DNA of 47,816 nucleotides from Oligoflexales bacterium (lineage in GTDB: Bacteria > Bdellovibrionota_B > Oligoflexia > Oligoflexales > Bog-1112). This document shows positions 19,318 through 27,660 of this stretch, piece after piece; the stretch's first letter is position 1, and every line of letters begins with the position of its first letter. Where the stretch lies: the NCBI GenBank assembly GCA_045105515.1, contig JBGCDR010000325.1, positions 1 to 47,816 on the forward strand, in the 5' to 3' direction. Made by a program: the position numbers and the translations under genes. A model generated the notes under the pieces. The model was given only the letters and a program-made list of their open reading frames with translations, did no database searches and had not been told where the DNA came from.

Positions 19318-20580
19318 ATGATAAAATACAAAAAGATAAATGAACTCAAAGTAGATATGTACATGCCAAAAAATAAACAGAAATTCCTTTCGGCCTTTAT
19401 TCTTTTAACAAGCTTTTTTGTCGACTCTGCTATTGCGCAGCAGAATAAGAATACCTCTAAGGGAGGTAAAAATAAAAATACCTATACTCCTTCAAAGACA
19501 CGATCCAGCAATCAAATATTCAATTGCAACTTAGATTGGTCAAGTCCCATAGGAGGGAACGGCTTTTTTACTAATAACACTGAATATTATCACTTTGCTC
19601 AACTTGCTAAAGAAAATAGTACCAAAAAAATTGAAGGACCTCTTAGAAAATACGGACTTTATAAAATTGATGTAAAAACACTGAAATCAAAGCTCCTTAT
19701 GACGCTAAATCTTCCTGAAACTGTAAGTATAATTCCTCACGGAGATCCATTAAAAGCTTTGGTAGTAGTAGTCTTCAATTCAAACCCCAACCATTGCAAT
19801 AGAGGCGCAGCAAGATATATCAGCTTTCCTATTCAGAAGAGGCAAAAATCTGGCGGAAAATTGCAAGTAATCCAAGGAAAAGGAGATTTTCAGACTGTCG
19901 AAACTACCAAATTGTGGAACCTCTATGATTTTTCTCGAAGTAATGCGCTTGAATTTGACTTTGGAAGTTTCCAGGTAAGGACAACTTTTGTCAAAAGAAA
20001 TGAAAATGAAATTCTATTGTACTTCGACTCAAACCGGAATCGCTACTATACCTGGCAACCACAGCAAACAAGCGGCAAGAGAGGCCTGGTGGCATATGAG
20101 GGTCAAGGAAAAATGGCAGGGGGAGTTATCTTTTCTTCTGGAGATAAACTTATTCAACGTAAAAATTTGTTTGGGGTTGCTCACTATAAGAAGGATTCTC
20201 AATCCATCGACATCATCGAGCTAAGCAGGTGGAGTGGGCGAGCCAAAAGGAAGGTCTATACCATATATATACCAAAGATGTTTAACTTAGACCAAACCCA
20301 CCTAAAAACTAACTTTGCAAAAAAAATTGCAACAGTAGCTGCAAGCACCCGTAAACAAAGAAAAAAAATTGGAAATATAGCAATTTTTGATTACGAAAAG
20401 AGCTGGCTGCTATCAAGCTTCAGTGCTCCAAATAATCAATATGCTGCATTTGAATCTATCTCACCCGACGGAGGATATGTAGCTATTGAGGCGAGGAACA
20501 AGGTCAGCGAAAACACTGAAACTTTGTCGTTTTACTCAATAGGTACTCGCAAATGGAACAGAATTCAAATTGCGAAATAA
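19318..20580 (+). CDS. secreted basic hypothetical protein, possible beta-propeller
   Basis: Signal peptide (SAIA-QQ) from a likely start near 19357-19363; beta-rich; ISPDGGYVAI blade-like motif. Confidence 0.65.
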   Translation: MIKYKKINELKVDMYMPKNKQKFLSAFILLTSFFVDSAIAQQNKNTSKGGKNKNTYTPSKTRSSNQIFNCNLDWSSPIGGNGFFTNNTEYYHFAQLAKENSTKKIEGPLRKYGLYKIDVKTLKSKLLMTLNLPETVSIIPHGDPLKALVVVVFNSNPNHCNRGAARYISFPIQKRQKSGGKLQVIQGKGDFQTVETTKLWNLYDFSRSNALEFDFGSFQVRTTFVKRNENEILLYFDSNRNRYYTWQPQQTSGKRGLVAYEGQGKMAGGVIFSSGDKLIQRKNLFGVAHYKKDSQSIDIIELSRWSGRAKRKVYTIYIPKMFNLDQTHLKTNFAKKIATVAASTRKQRKKIGNIAIFDYEKSWLLSSFSAPNNQYAAFESISPDGGYVAIEARNKVSENTETLSFYSIGTRKWNRIQIAK

Positions 20581-20593
20581 TCACTTGTCCTGA

Positions 20594-21052
20594 TTAGGAT
20601 TTTGAACTTTTTATTGCTCGCTCAATTTCCCTCTGCGCATCTTTTTCTTTACTACTATCTCGCTTATCATGAGCCTTTTTACCTTTTCCAACTCCAATCT
20701 CTATCTTAATAAACTGCCCCTTAAAGTAAGCCTTAAGAGGCACAAGCGCGAAACCTCTGCGCTCGACTTGCTCTGACAGTTTTTTTAATTCTTGTTTTTT
20801 TAGCAGTAACTTACGAGGCCTGCTTTCGGCATGATTGTAAATATTCCCATGGCTATAATGACTTATATGTACCTGTTTCAAATAGGCTTCGCCTAGATCA
20901 TCAATAGCTACCCATCCATCGCCAAGATTTACCTTTCCCTCACGCATTGACTTAACTTCCGTACCTTGAAGAGCAATTCCAGCTTCAAATCTGTCCGTTA
21001 TTTCGTATTCGTGAAAGGCTTTTCGGTTTTTTGCTATTATTTTAATTCCCAA
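20594..21052 (-). CDS. smpB: SsrA-binding protein
   Basis: IAKNRKAFHEY, EAGIALQGTEVKSMR, RPRKLLL, GKGKKAHDKR. Confidence 0.98.
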   Translation of the reverse strand: MGIKIIAKNRKAFHEYEITDRFEAGIALQGTEVKSMREGKVNLGDGWVAIDDLGEAYLKQVHISHYSHGNIYNHAESRPRKLLLKKQELKKLSEQVERRGFALVPLKAYFKGQFIKIEIGVGKGKKAHDKRDSSKEKDAQREIERAIKSSKS

Positions 21053-21070
21053 TTGCGAGTCCTCTTTATT

Positions 21071-22516
21071 TCACCTTCCATTCCCATATAAAGCTACTCC
21101 CTCTTCCCATTTTTTTCTTCCAGTACTTAAAAGAGTTGCAAAATTGGAACCTATCGGCTTCAAAATACTATCCGAATCTAAGGGACCTTGGTGGGATATC
21201 TGCTCAATCACCCCTCTTAGACCCCCTGTATCAACCAATTGTTCTAAGCAAAGGATCAAGTACAGGCTCTGTTTGTAGATAATTCCAGCTTTTTCCATGC
21301 CATATTGAGTAAATGACTGGGTAAAATCCCTTCCAAGCAAAAAGCTGCCTGGCGTGGGCAAATCATCAAGTACATTACACCCTACCCCCTCACATGTAAA
21401 CCGCTGTGCCACTCCTTCTTCGAACCAAGGTGGGAGCGGTCTACGTCTAGTCATATCTGCAAACATAGCGTGAACAAGCTCATGCCTTAAGGTCGTTTCA
21501 AGGTTCTCCCAAAATTGCTGTTCTGTGAAGCCCTGATATAAAAGTGGAAGACGAATACGACCATCAAAAACGCCACCAAGCCAATGAGGACCTCCAACCA
21601 TGATTTCTGAAAAGGTTTCTTGGGAATAAACCACCACCTCCACGGGCCCTCTCAAAGGCTTCATTGACCAACGATCTATCAACTCTTCATGAGCTTTTTC
21701 TAAAGTACTTAAAATCCAATCGGCTACATTATTAGAAACCTCACCGTGAAACAGTAAAGAAAAGTGACGACTTTGGCTAAGCTCTTGAAAATAGCTTTCT
21801 CCCTCCTTTTTTTTCATTGCAGATAGTTTTCGTTTAAGCATCTCTTTTTCTTTATCCTTTTTACTGTGTTCAATCGCCTTTTCAAGCACCAGCACAGCTT
21901 GCTCATAGTTGCGAGAGGACTCCAAAATATCAGCATATAAATTCATAGCACTAATATCTAAAGGTTCGCGTTCAAGGTACCATTGAATCTCACTACGAGC
22001 ATCATCCCATAAGCGAAGCTGGTGATAACAGTATGCCAAGCCAGAAGAGATAGCTCTGTCTTTGCCAAATACCCGAGCTCGATCAAAATCGGACAAAGCT
22101 CCTTCGCAATCCCCAGTTTTTATCTTCATCCACGCAGATGCAGTCAAAACCGCCTGTAATTGCTTTTGCATCCATTCTAAAAAAGACTCACTGCCATTAG
22201 TTTCTTCAAGATGTGTTTCAAGAAGCCTGAGGCTAGTTTGGTAGTCACCAGATGAAAACCTAGCCTTAATAAGGCGAATGATCTTAACTTCTTCTGCAGA
22301 CAGTCCAGTCTCAAGCTCCTTCTGTTGAGGCTCATTATTTATTGGGACCGTTTCATTTAATAGCGAGTTTACACCATTGTTAATCCGATGTTTGCTGTCA
22401 TGAGTTGGGCGAAGTATTGGTTCGTTAATAACTTCAGGGCCTGGGGATTTGGACAAATAAAATATTGTTAAACTAATACAAAAAATGCCAGCAATAAGCA
22501 TAAGCCTTGGCTTCAT
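21071..22516 (-). CDS. membrane-anchored TPR protein with peptidase MA-like zinc domain
   Basis: N-terminal TM; TPR helices; RHELVH (HExxH) and PPWFEEGVA. Confidence 0.85.
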   Translation of the reverse strand: MKPRLMLIAGIFCISLTIFYLSKSPGPEVINEPILRPTHDSKHRINNGVNSLLNETVPINNEPQQKELETGLSAEEVKIIRLIKARFSSGDYQTSLRLLETHLEETNGSESFLEWMQKQLQAVLTASAWMKIKTGDCEGALSDFDRARVFGKDRAISSGLAYCYHQLRLWDDARSEIQWYLEREPLDISAMNLYADILESSRNYEQAVLVLEKAIEHSKKDKEKEMLKRKLSAMKKKEGESYFQELSQSRHFSLLFHGEVSNNVADWILSTLEKAHEELIDRWSMKPLRGPVEVVVYSQETFSEIMVGGPHWLGGVFDGRIRLPLLYQGFTEQQFWENLETTLRHELVHAMFADMTRRRPLPPWFEEGVAQRFTCEGVGCNVLDDLPTPGSFLLGRDFTQSFTQYGMEKAGIIYKQSLYLILCLEQLVDTGGLRGVIEQISHQGPLDSDSILKPIGSNFATLLSTGRKKWEEGVALYGNGR

Positions 22517-22753
22517 GGTTTCTCCCCCTAGAAAGCTATTCTATAAAGTCAACAAATTAAAACTGGTCATCAAATCTGATACAGGACTCAAATACCTTAA
22601 ACTTGTCAAAACTTAAAACGCTATCCTTCCCCCTCTAATGAAGGGTGACAGCTGCTTTGATCCATTGTATAAAAAAACCTTCGTAGATGCGCATAGATCC
22701 GCCCATAGAGCTAGATCATACTAAAATCATTAAAAAAACAAGGTTACAGCTTC

Positions 22754-23899
22754 ATGGAAACTGCTAACAGAGATGAAAAAGACCTAAAGTCCATTGTTTT
22801 TAGTGCTCTCAGTGAAATAAAACAGAAATTAGGAAGTGGGCTTGAACAAGAGTCTCCAGATAAGTTACGCTCACGCTTGCTCGACATTGTTCGTGGGGAG
22901 CACAACTGGCAAATTCATATGGGATCTGATGGGCTTGAACTAGACAACAAGCTCTTGATTGAAAGACAGTTGCTTTCCGATTTAGGAAAAAAATTCCCTA
23001 AAGACCCTTTCACTATTTACTTTCGCCGTACCAAACCAAATTCGATTGAAGAAAATCAAACTTCTCTTGGGCCCGTTTCTGTTAACACTAACCCCAACCC
23101 TTTTGGGATCACTGTCCGAAAAAGACCAATTCCTGGAGTTAAAAACATTATTGTCGTAGCCTCTGGGAAAGGAGGTGTGGGAAAGTCCACTATCAGTACC
23201 AATCTTGCCATCTCTCTCGCTAAGCTAGGTCACCAAGTTGGTTTAATGGACGCGGATGTTTATGGGCCTTCAGGACCTACTATGCTAGGGTTAAAAGGCC
23301 CAATGGAAATAGATGAAAATGGAAAACTCATCCCTTTGATCGTTCACAACGTCAAGGTTGTTTCCTTTGGCTTTCTTTCCGACTCTTACAACCCAGTGAT
23401 TTGGCGTGGTCCACTCGTCAGCAAAGCCATTGAACAGTTATGCTTCGATGTCTGTTGGAAAGAACTTGATATACTCGTGATCGATTTGCCACCTGGCACT
23501 GGAGATGTACAGCTTTCTTTAATAGAAAGCCTAGCCATAAGAGGAGCTTTAATTGTCTCGACTCCACAAGATGTAGCTTTACTAGATGCACACAAAGCGT
23601 TGTCAATGTTTAAGAACCTTAGTGTTCCGGTGTTTGGAATGATAGAGAATATGTCAGTATTTTCATGCCCAAATTGTGGTCATGAAGAGCATATTTTTGG
23701 TGAAGGCGGCGGCGAAGATTTCTCAAAACAGCGAGACATACCTATCCTTGCCAATATTCCTCTTGACGCTTCAATTCGTATGGCTTGTGACACTGGACAG
23801 CCGATCAGCTTACAAAAAAGAAGGCCCCAAGCAAAAGTATTTTCAATCCTTGCCCATAAGGTAGCACTAAGCTTATCCGACCAGATTTCCGAACATTAA
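22754..23899 (+). CDS. mrp: Mrp/ApbC (NBP35 family) Fe-S carrier ATPase
   Basis: ASGKGGVGKST, DADVYGPS, IWRGP, DLPPGTGD, ENMS..CPNC. Confidence 0.95.
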   Translation: METANRDEKDLKSIVFSALSEIKQKLGSGLEQESPDKLRSRLLDIVRGEHNWQIHMGSDGLELDNKLLIERQLLSDLGKKFPKDPFTIYFRRTKPNSIEENQTSLGPVSVNTNPNPFGITVRKRPIPGVKNIIVVASGKGGVGKSTISTNLAISLAKLGHQVGLMDADVYGPSGPTMLGLKGPMEIDENGKLIPLIVHNVKVVSFGFLSDSYNPVIWRGPLVSKAIEQLCFDVCWKELDILVIDLPPGTGDVQLSLIESLAIRGALIVSTPQDVALLDAHKALSMFKNLSVPVFGMIENMSVFSCPNCGHEEHIFGEGGGEDFSKQRDIPILANIPLDASIRMACDTGQPISLQKRRPQAKVFSILAHKVALSLSDQISEH

Positions 23900-23952
23900 T
23901 TCTTTTCCTTAACTTAGCAGCAGTAAGTTTTTTTGATAACGGTGTACCGAAA

Positions 23953-26892
23953 ATGAAGCAACTATTTGAAGCAGTTCGCAATTCAACCAATGCAAGCACG
24001 TGGTCTAAAGGTGTCGCTCTCACCAGAAAAGGTGGAGTTCTAGGGAAAGAATGGAGCGAAGAGGAAATTACCCTAACAGTTCTTGAAAGCAATAGAGCTG
24101 TAAATCCAGTCGTTACCCTTTGGCCGGATGATGAAGACTGGAATTGTGATTGTGGCAACGGTGAAGACCCATGCGAACATGTTGTCGCTTCAATCATTGC
24201 GATCAATCGAGCACACGAACAAGGGGTGCAATTGCCTCAAGTTAGTAAAAAAATAGCGACAATAGAGTATCACTTTTCTACTGCCGATAAAGACCTAAGC
24301 TTTGAGCGTATCGTGAAAAAAGATGGAGAGAAAGAAATCCTTGCTGTATCCCTTGCTGCCCTAGCAAATGGAAGAATCCATGGGCCCAAACTTGCTCCTT
24401 CCAAAGAAGACCTCACTGTAGATCACATAATTGACGGGCATCGCAAAGGAGGTATTCTTTCTCCTAATGTACTTAAAGAAGTGATTAAAAGTCTCCAAGA
24501 CTGCGAAAGGGTATTTCTCGATGGTAAAGAAATCATCTGCAAAGCAAATCCATTGGGAGCCACAGTTCAAATTGTTGATAGCTCTGGAGGGATTCATATC
24601 AAAAGCCAGAGAAACCCCCTAATCGAGCGGGTTTTTAACAATGGAGCTATTCTTTGCGGTACCAAGCAGCAATCACTTCACCCTCTTCTTCATGTCAATC
24701 TAAGCCAAGATTTACGCCTTATGCTGCGCGAAGGAAGGCATTTTGGCATTAAAGAAATAGCTATTTTAGTTTCAGAAATTATTCCGAAACTCCGAGGAAT
24801 AGTTCCCGTCATCATTAAATCTACTAAACTTCCCAAAACTGAACATATAAAACCTAGAATAGCATGGGAAACCAAGACACATGGAAGCCAGCTGATCGCT
24901 TGCCCTATCATCGTTTATGGAGACCCCATTTCAGCTAAAATTAAAGATGGTAAGTTAGTGCCAAATGGAAATCTAAAAATTCCAATCAGAATGATCGAAG
25001 AGGAACACAGGCTTCGTGATGAACTAACACGCCGACTACCCGAAGCTGAGTTAAACAAGAGTGTGAATCTTCATGCTTCGGATGCAATTTCTTTTATAGA
25101 AAAACTTGAGAGAAAAGGGTACTTTGTAACAGGGGAAGGCAGACAGCAATTTCAAGTCTATCCTGAACTTAGTTTTTCCTTACCGATGCAACTCGACCCC
25201 GAAAATCCGTTTCATGTTGAGTTTTCATCTGCGAATAGTGGTCGTGCCAAAAAACATGCTGACCCTCTACAGGTACTGAATTCCTGGTCTATGCAAGAAC
25301 CCATGGTACCGCTTTTGGATGGTGGGTATGCTCCCATTCCTAAAGATTTTTTGGATCAATATGGCTCCCAAATTTTTGATCTACTACGGGCAAAAGATGA
25401 TTCAGAAAAACTCCCTAGCTGCATGCTACCTACTTTAGCAGACCTATACCAAGACCTTGAGTTAGAGGCTCCTATTGGTCTGGAAAAGTGGAAACAGATT
25501 CTGGAACAATATGAAGAGTTACCCCTAACCCCTCTCCCAAAGGATCTGAATGCCCAGCTGAGGCCTTACCAAGAGCAAGGCTACAAGTGGCTTAGCTTTC
25601 TCCAACGATCCGGAATGGGGGCACTGCTAGCAGACGATATGGGGCTAGGAAAAACTTTGCAAACTATTGCATGCATTAGGGGCAAAACTCTCGTAATCGC
25701 TCCAACGAGCGTATTAGAAAATTGGCGGAAAGAGCTGAAAAAGTTTAGACCTTCCTTAAATTGCAGTATATTTCATGGTCAAAACCGCAAGATCGAGTCA
25801 GAAGCTCAGGTCATCATTTCTAGTTATGCACTCTTGCGTATCGACATTGAAATATTTGCTAACATTTCTTTCGATATGTTAGTTCTCGACGAAGCCCAAG
25901 CAATTAAGAACCCTCGTAGCCAATCAGCCAAATCAGCGTATCGTTTAAATGCCAACTTTAAACTTGCTCTTAGCGGCACTCCGGTAGAAAACAAGCTGGA
26001 AGATATGTGGAGTATATTCAATTTCTTAAACAAAGGCTTGCTGGGGAATTTTGAGTATTTTCAAAAATCCTATGTAAAACCGATTTTATCAGGGAATACA
26101 GAAGCAGGAGAAAGACTAAGAAGAAGAGTCAAACCATTTGTTTTACGCAGACTTAAATCCCAAGTTGCAAAAGACCTCCCACCCAGGACTGATGTCGTAA
26201 AATATAATTCACTCAGTGAAGAAGAGCGGAGTGTATATGAAACCTTAAAGGTGGCAAGTCGCAAAGAAGTATTAGAACAACTCACACAAGGTGGGCGAGT
26301 GATTGAAGCTCTTGAGCTCTTATTGCGTTTAAGGCAGGCGTCGTGCCACTTAGGTCTCTTACCGAATAAGCCAGCCGATTTAGAAAACTCATCAAAACTT
26401 ACCCTTCTTCTCCAGTGTATAAGTAGCAGCCTTGAATCAAATAATAAGTGCCTAATTTTTTCACAATGGACTCAATTCTTGAATTTAATTGAAAGATCCT
26501 TTGAAAAAGAATCGATAAAGTCCTTGAGGATTGACGGACAAACAAAAAATCGCCAAGAGATTGTAGATCAGTTCCAAAGCGATGGAAAAACAAAAGTCCT
26601 ACTCCTTTCTCTCAAAGCTGCAGGTGTTGGCCTAAACCTCACTGCTGCCGACCATGTTTTTATCACTGACCCTTGGTGGAACCCTGCTGCAGAGAACCAG
26701 GCTGCCGACCGGGCACATCGTATCGGGCAAAAAAAACCAGTTATTGTCACTCGATTGGTAAGTGAGGATACTGTTGAGCAAAAAATATTACTTCTTCAGG
26801 AAAAGAAAAGAGCCTTAGCGGACTCAGTGATTAGTGCAGCTGGTAATTCTTTTTCATTAAGCAAAGAAGATCTTCTTGAACTACTTGTTTAA
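23953..26892 (+). CDS. SWIM zinc-finger SNF2 family helicase
   Basis: SWIM CDC..PCEH; LRPYQ, LADDMGLGKT, DEAQ, SGTPVEN, FSQW, GLNLTAAD, DPWWNP, QAADRAHRIGQ. Confidence 0.95.
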   Translation: MKQLFEAVRNSTNASTWSKGVALTRKGGVLGKEWSEEEITLTVLESNRAVNPVVTLWPDDEDWNCDCGNGEDPCEHVVASIIAINRAHEQGVQLPQVSKKIATIEYHFSTADKDLSFERIVKKDGEKEILAVSLAALANGRIHGPKLAPSKEDLTVDHIIDGHRKGGILSPNVLKEVIKSLQDCERVFLDGKEIICKANPLGATVQIVDSSGGIHIKSQRNPLIERVFNNGAILCGTKQQSLHPLLHVNLSQDLRLMLREGRHFGIKEIAILVSEIIPKLRGIVPVIIKSTKLPKTEHIKPRIAWETKTHGSQLIACPIIVYGDPISAKIKDGKLVPNGNLKIPIRMIEEEHRLRDELTRRLPEAELNKSVNLHASDAISFIEKLERKGYFVTGEGRQQFQVYPELSFSLPMQLDPENPFHVEFSSANSGRAKKHADPLQVLNSWSMQEPMVPLLDGGYAPIPKDFLDQYGSQIFDLLRAKDDSEKLPSCMLPTLADLYQDLELEAPIGLEKWKQILEQYEELPLTPLPKDLNAQLRPYQEQGYKWLSFLQRSGMGALLADDMGLGKTLQTIACIRGKTLVIAPTSVLENWRKELKKFRPSLNCSIFHGQNRKIESEAQVIISSYALLRIDIEIFANISFDMLVLDEAQAIKNPRSQSAKSAYRLNANFKLALSGTPVENKLEDMWSIFNFLNKGLLGNFEYFQKSYVKPILSGNTEAGERLRRRVKPFVLRRLKSQVAKDLPPRTDVVKYNSLSEEERSVYETLKVASRKEVLEQLTQGGRVIEALELLLRLRQASCHLGLLPNKPADLENSSKLTLLLQCISSSLESNNKCLIFSQWTQFLNLIERSFEKESIKSLRIDGQTKNRQEIVDQFQSDGKTKVLLLSLKAAGVGLNLTAADHVFITDPWWNPAAENQAADRAHRIGQKKPVIVTRLVSEDTVEQKILLLQEKKRALADSVISAAGNSFSLSKEDLLELLV

Positions 26893-27007
26893 TAGTTTAA
26901 TTCATACTCCAGTACTTTTTTATTGGAATATTTAAATATTATTTAATACAAGATTGGTATCTCTGATTTGTATTTCACAAATGATCCAAACCATGATGGA
27001 GAAAAAC

Positions 27008-27628
27008 ATGAACAGAAAAATTGGTAAAGCTGCGGTTTTAGCAACAGTATTTGGTTCTGCACTTCAAGCTGGAGCTGTCTCATTTGATGGCGATTTTATG
27101 CTAGGTCGTAGCTGGAATGAAGACAAGGTTGAAAAAACAACGACAAAATTTCAAGCTAACGACTATTCTTTGGGAGCCCAGGTCCAACCCATGGGGGAAT
27201 ACCCAATATCAGTAGGCCTACGTGCAACACTTTCCGACTTCAACAAGGCTGATTTCGGAGAAAACACTGAAACTGCTTACGGATGGGATATAGCACCTGA
27301 AATCAAAGCATGGCTTCCTGCTGAAATAGTAGGCACAGATATCGTTATTCCTTATGTAAAGATGGGATATACATTTGAAGCACTTTCAAGTGTTACCTTC
27401 GAAACGAAAGACGACACTGGTAAAAAAATGGAAGCAAGTGGTGAGTTCTCAGGATACCACGTTAATGTAGGTGCAGATGTTAAGATCACTGAAATGGTTG
27501 GAGCTCTAGTTGAGTACTCTTACATCAGTAAACAGCAGCAGTTGAAAAACGAAGAAACAAATGTTAAGTCGGCAAAAACTGACATCAGCTCTCAAGCATT
27601 CCTCATGGGAGCGCGTGTAAGCGTTTAG
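27008..27628 (+). CDS. small outer-membrane beta-barrel protein (OmpA/OmpW-like)
   Basis: GGAG SD before ATG 27008; signal ALQAGA; IPYVKMGY, VGALVEYSY and terminal strand FLMGARVSV. Confidence 0.8.
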   Translation: MNRKIGKAAVLATVFGSALQAGAVSFDGDFMLGRSWNEDKVEKTTTKFQANDYSLGAQVQPMGEYPISVGLRATLSDFNKADFGENTETAYGWDIAPEIKAWLPAEIVGTDIVIPYVKMGYTFEALSSVTFETKDDTGKKMEASGEFSGYHVNVGADVKITEMVGALVEYSYISKQQQLKNEETNVKSAKTDISSQAFLMGARVSV

Positions 27629-27635
27629 TTCCCAA

Positions 27636-27654
27636 CCTGGGTTCAATACCCAGG
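27636..27654. terminator. hairpin between convergent genes
   Basis: CCTGGGT-tcaat-ACCCAGG stem-loop; no clear U tract. Confidence 0.5.
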
Positions 27655-27660
27655 AATCCG

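Noticed and set aside
20580..21071. tmRNA gene next to smpB
   Set aside because: The flanking gaps are under 20 nt, and no tRNA-like ends were recognised in the window.
23953..26892. SNF2 helicase as part of an anti-phage system
   Set aside because: It has the ordinary SWIM-SNF2 architecture with no methylase, nuclease or other defence neighbours.
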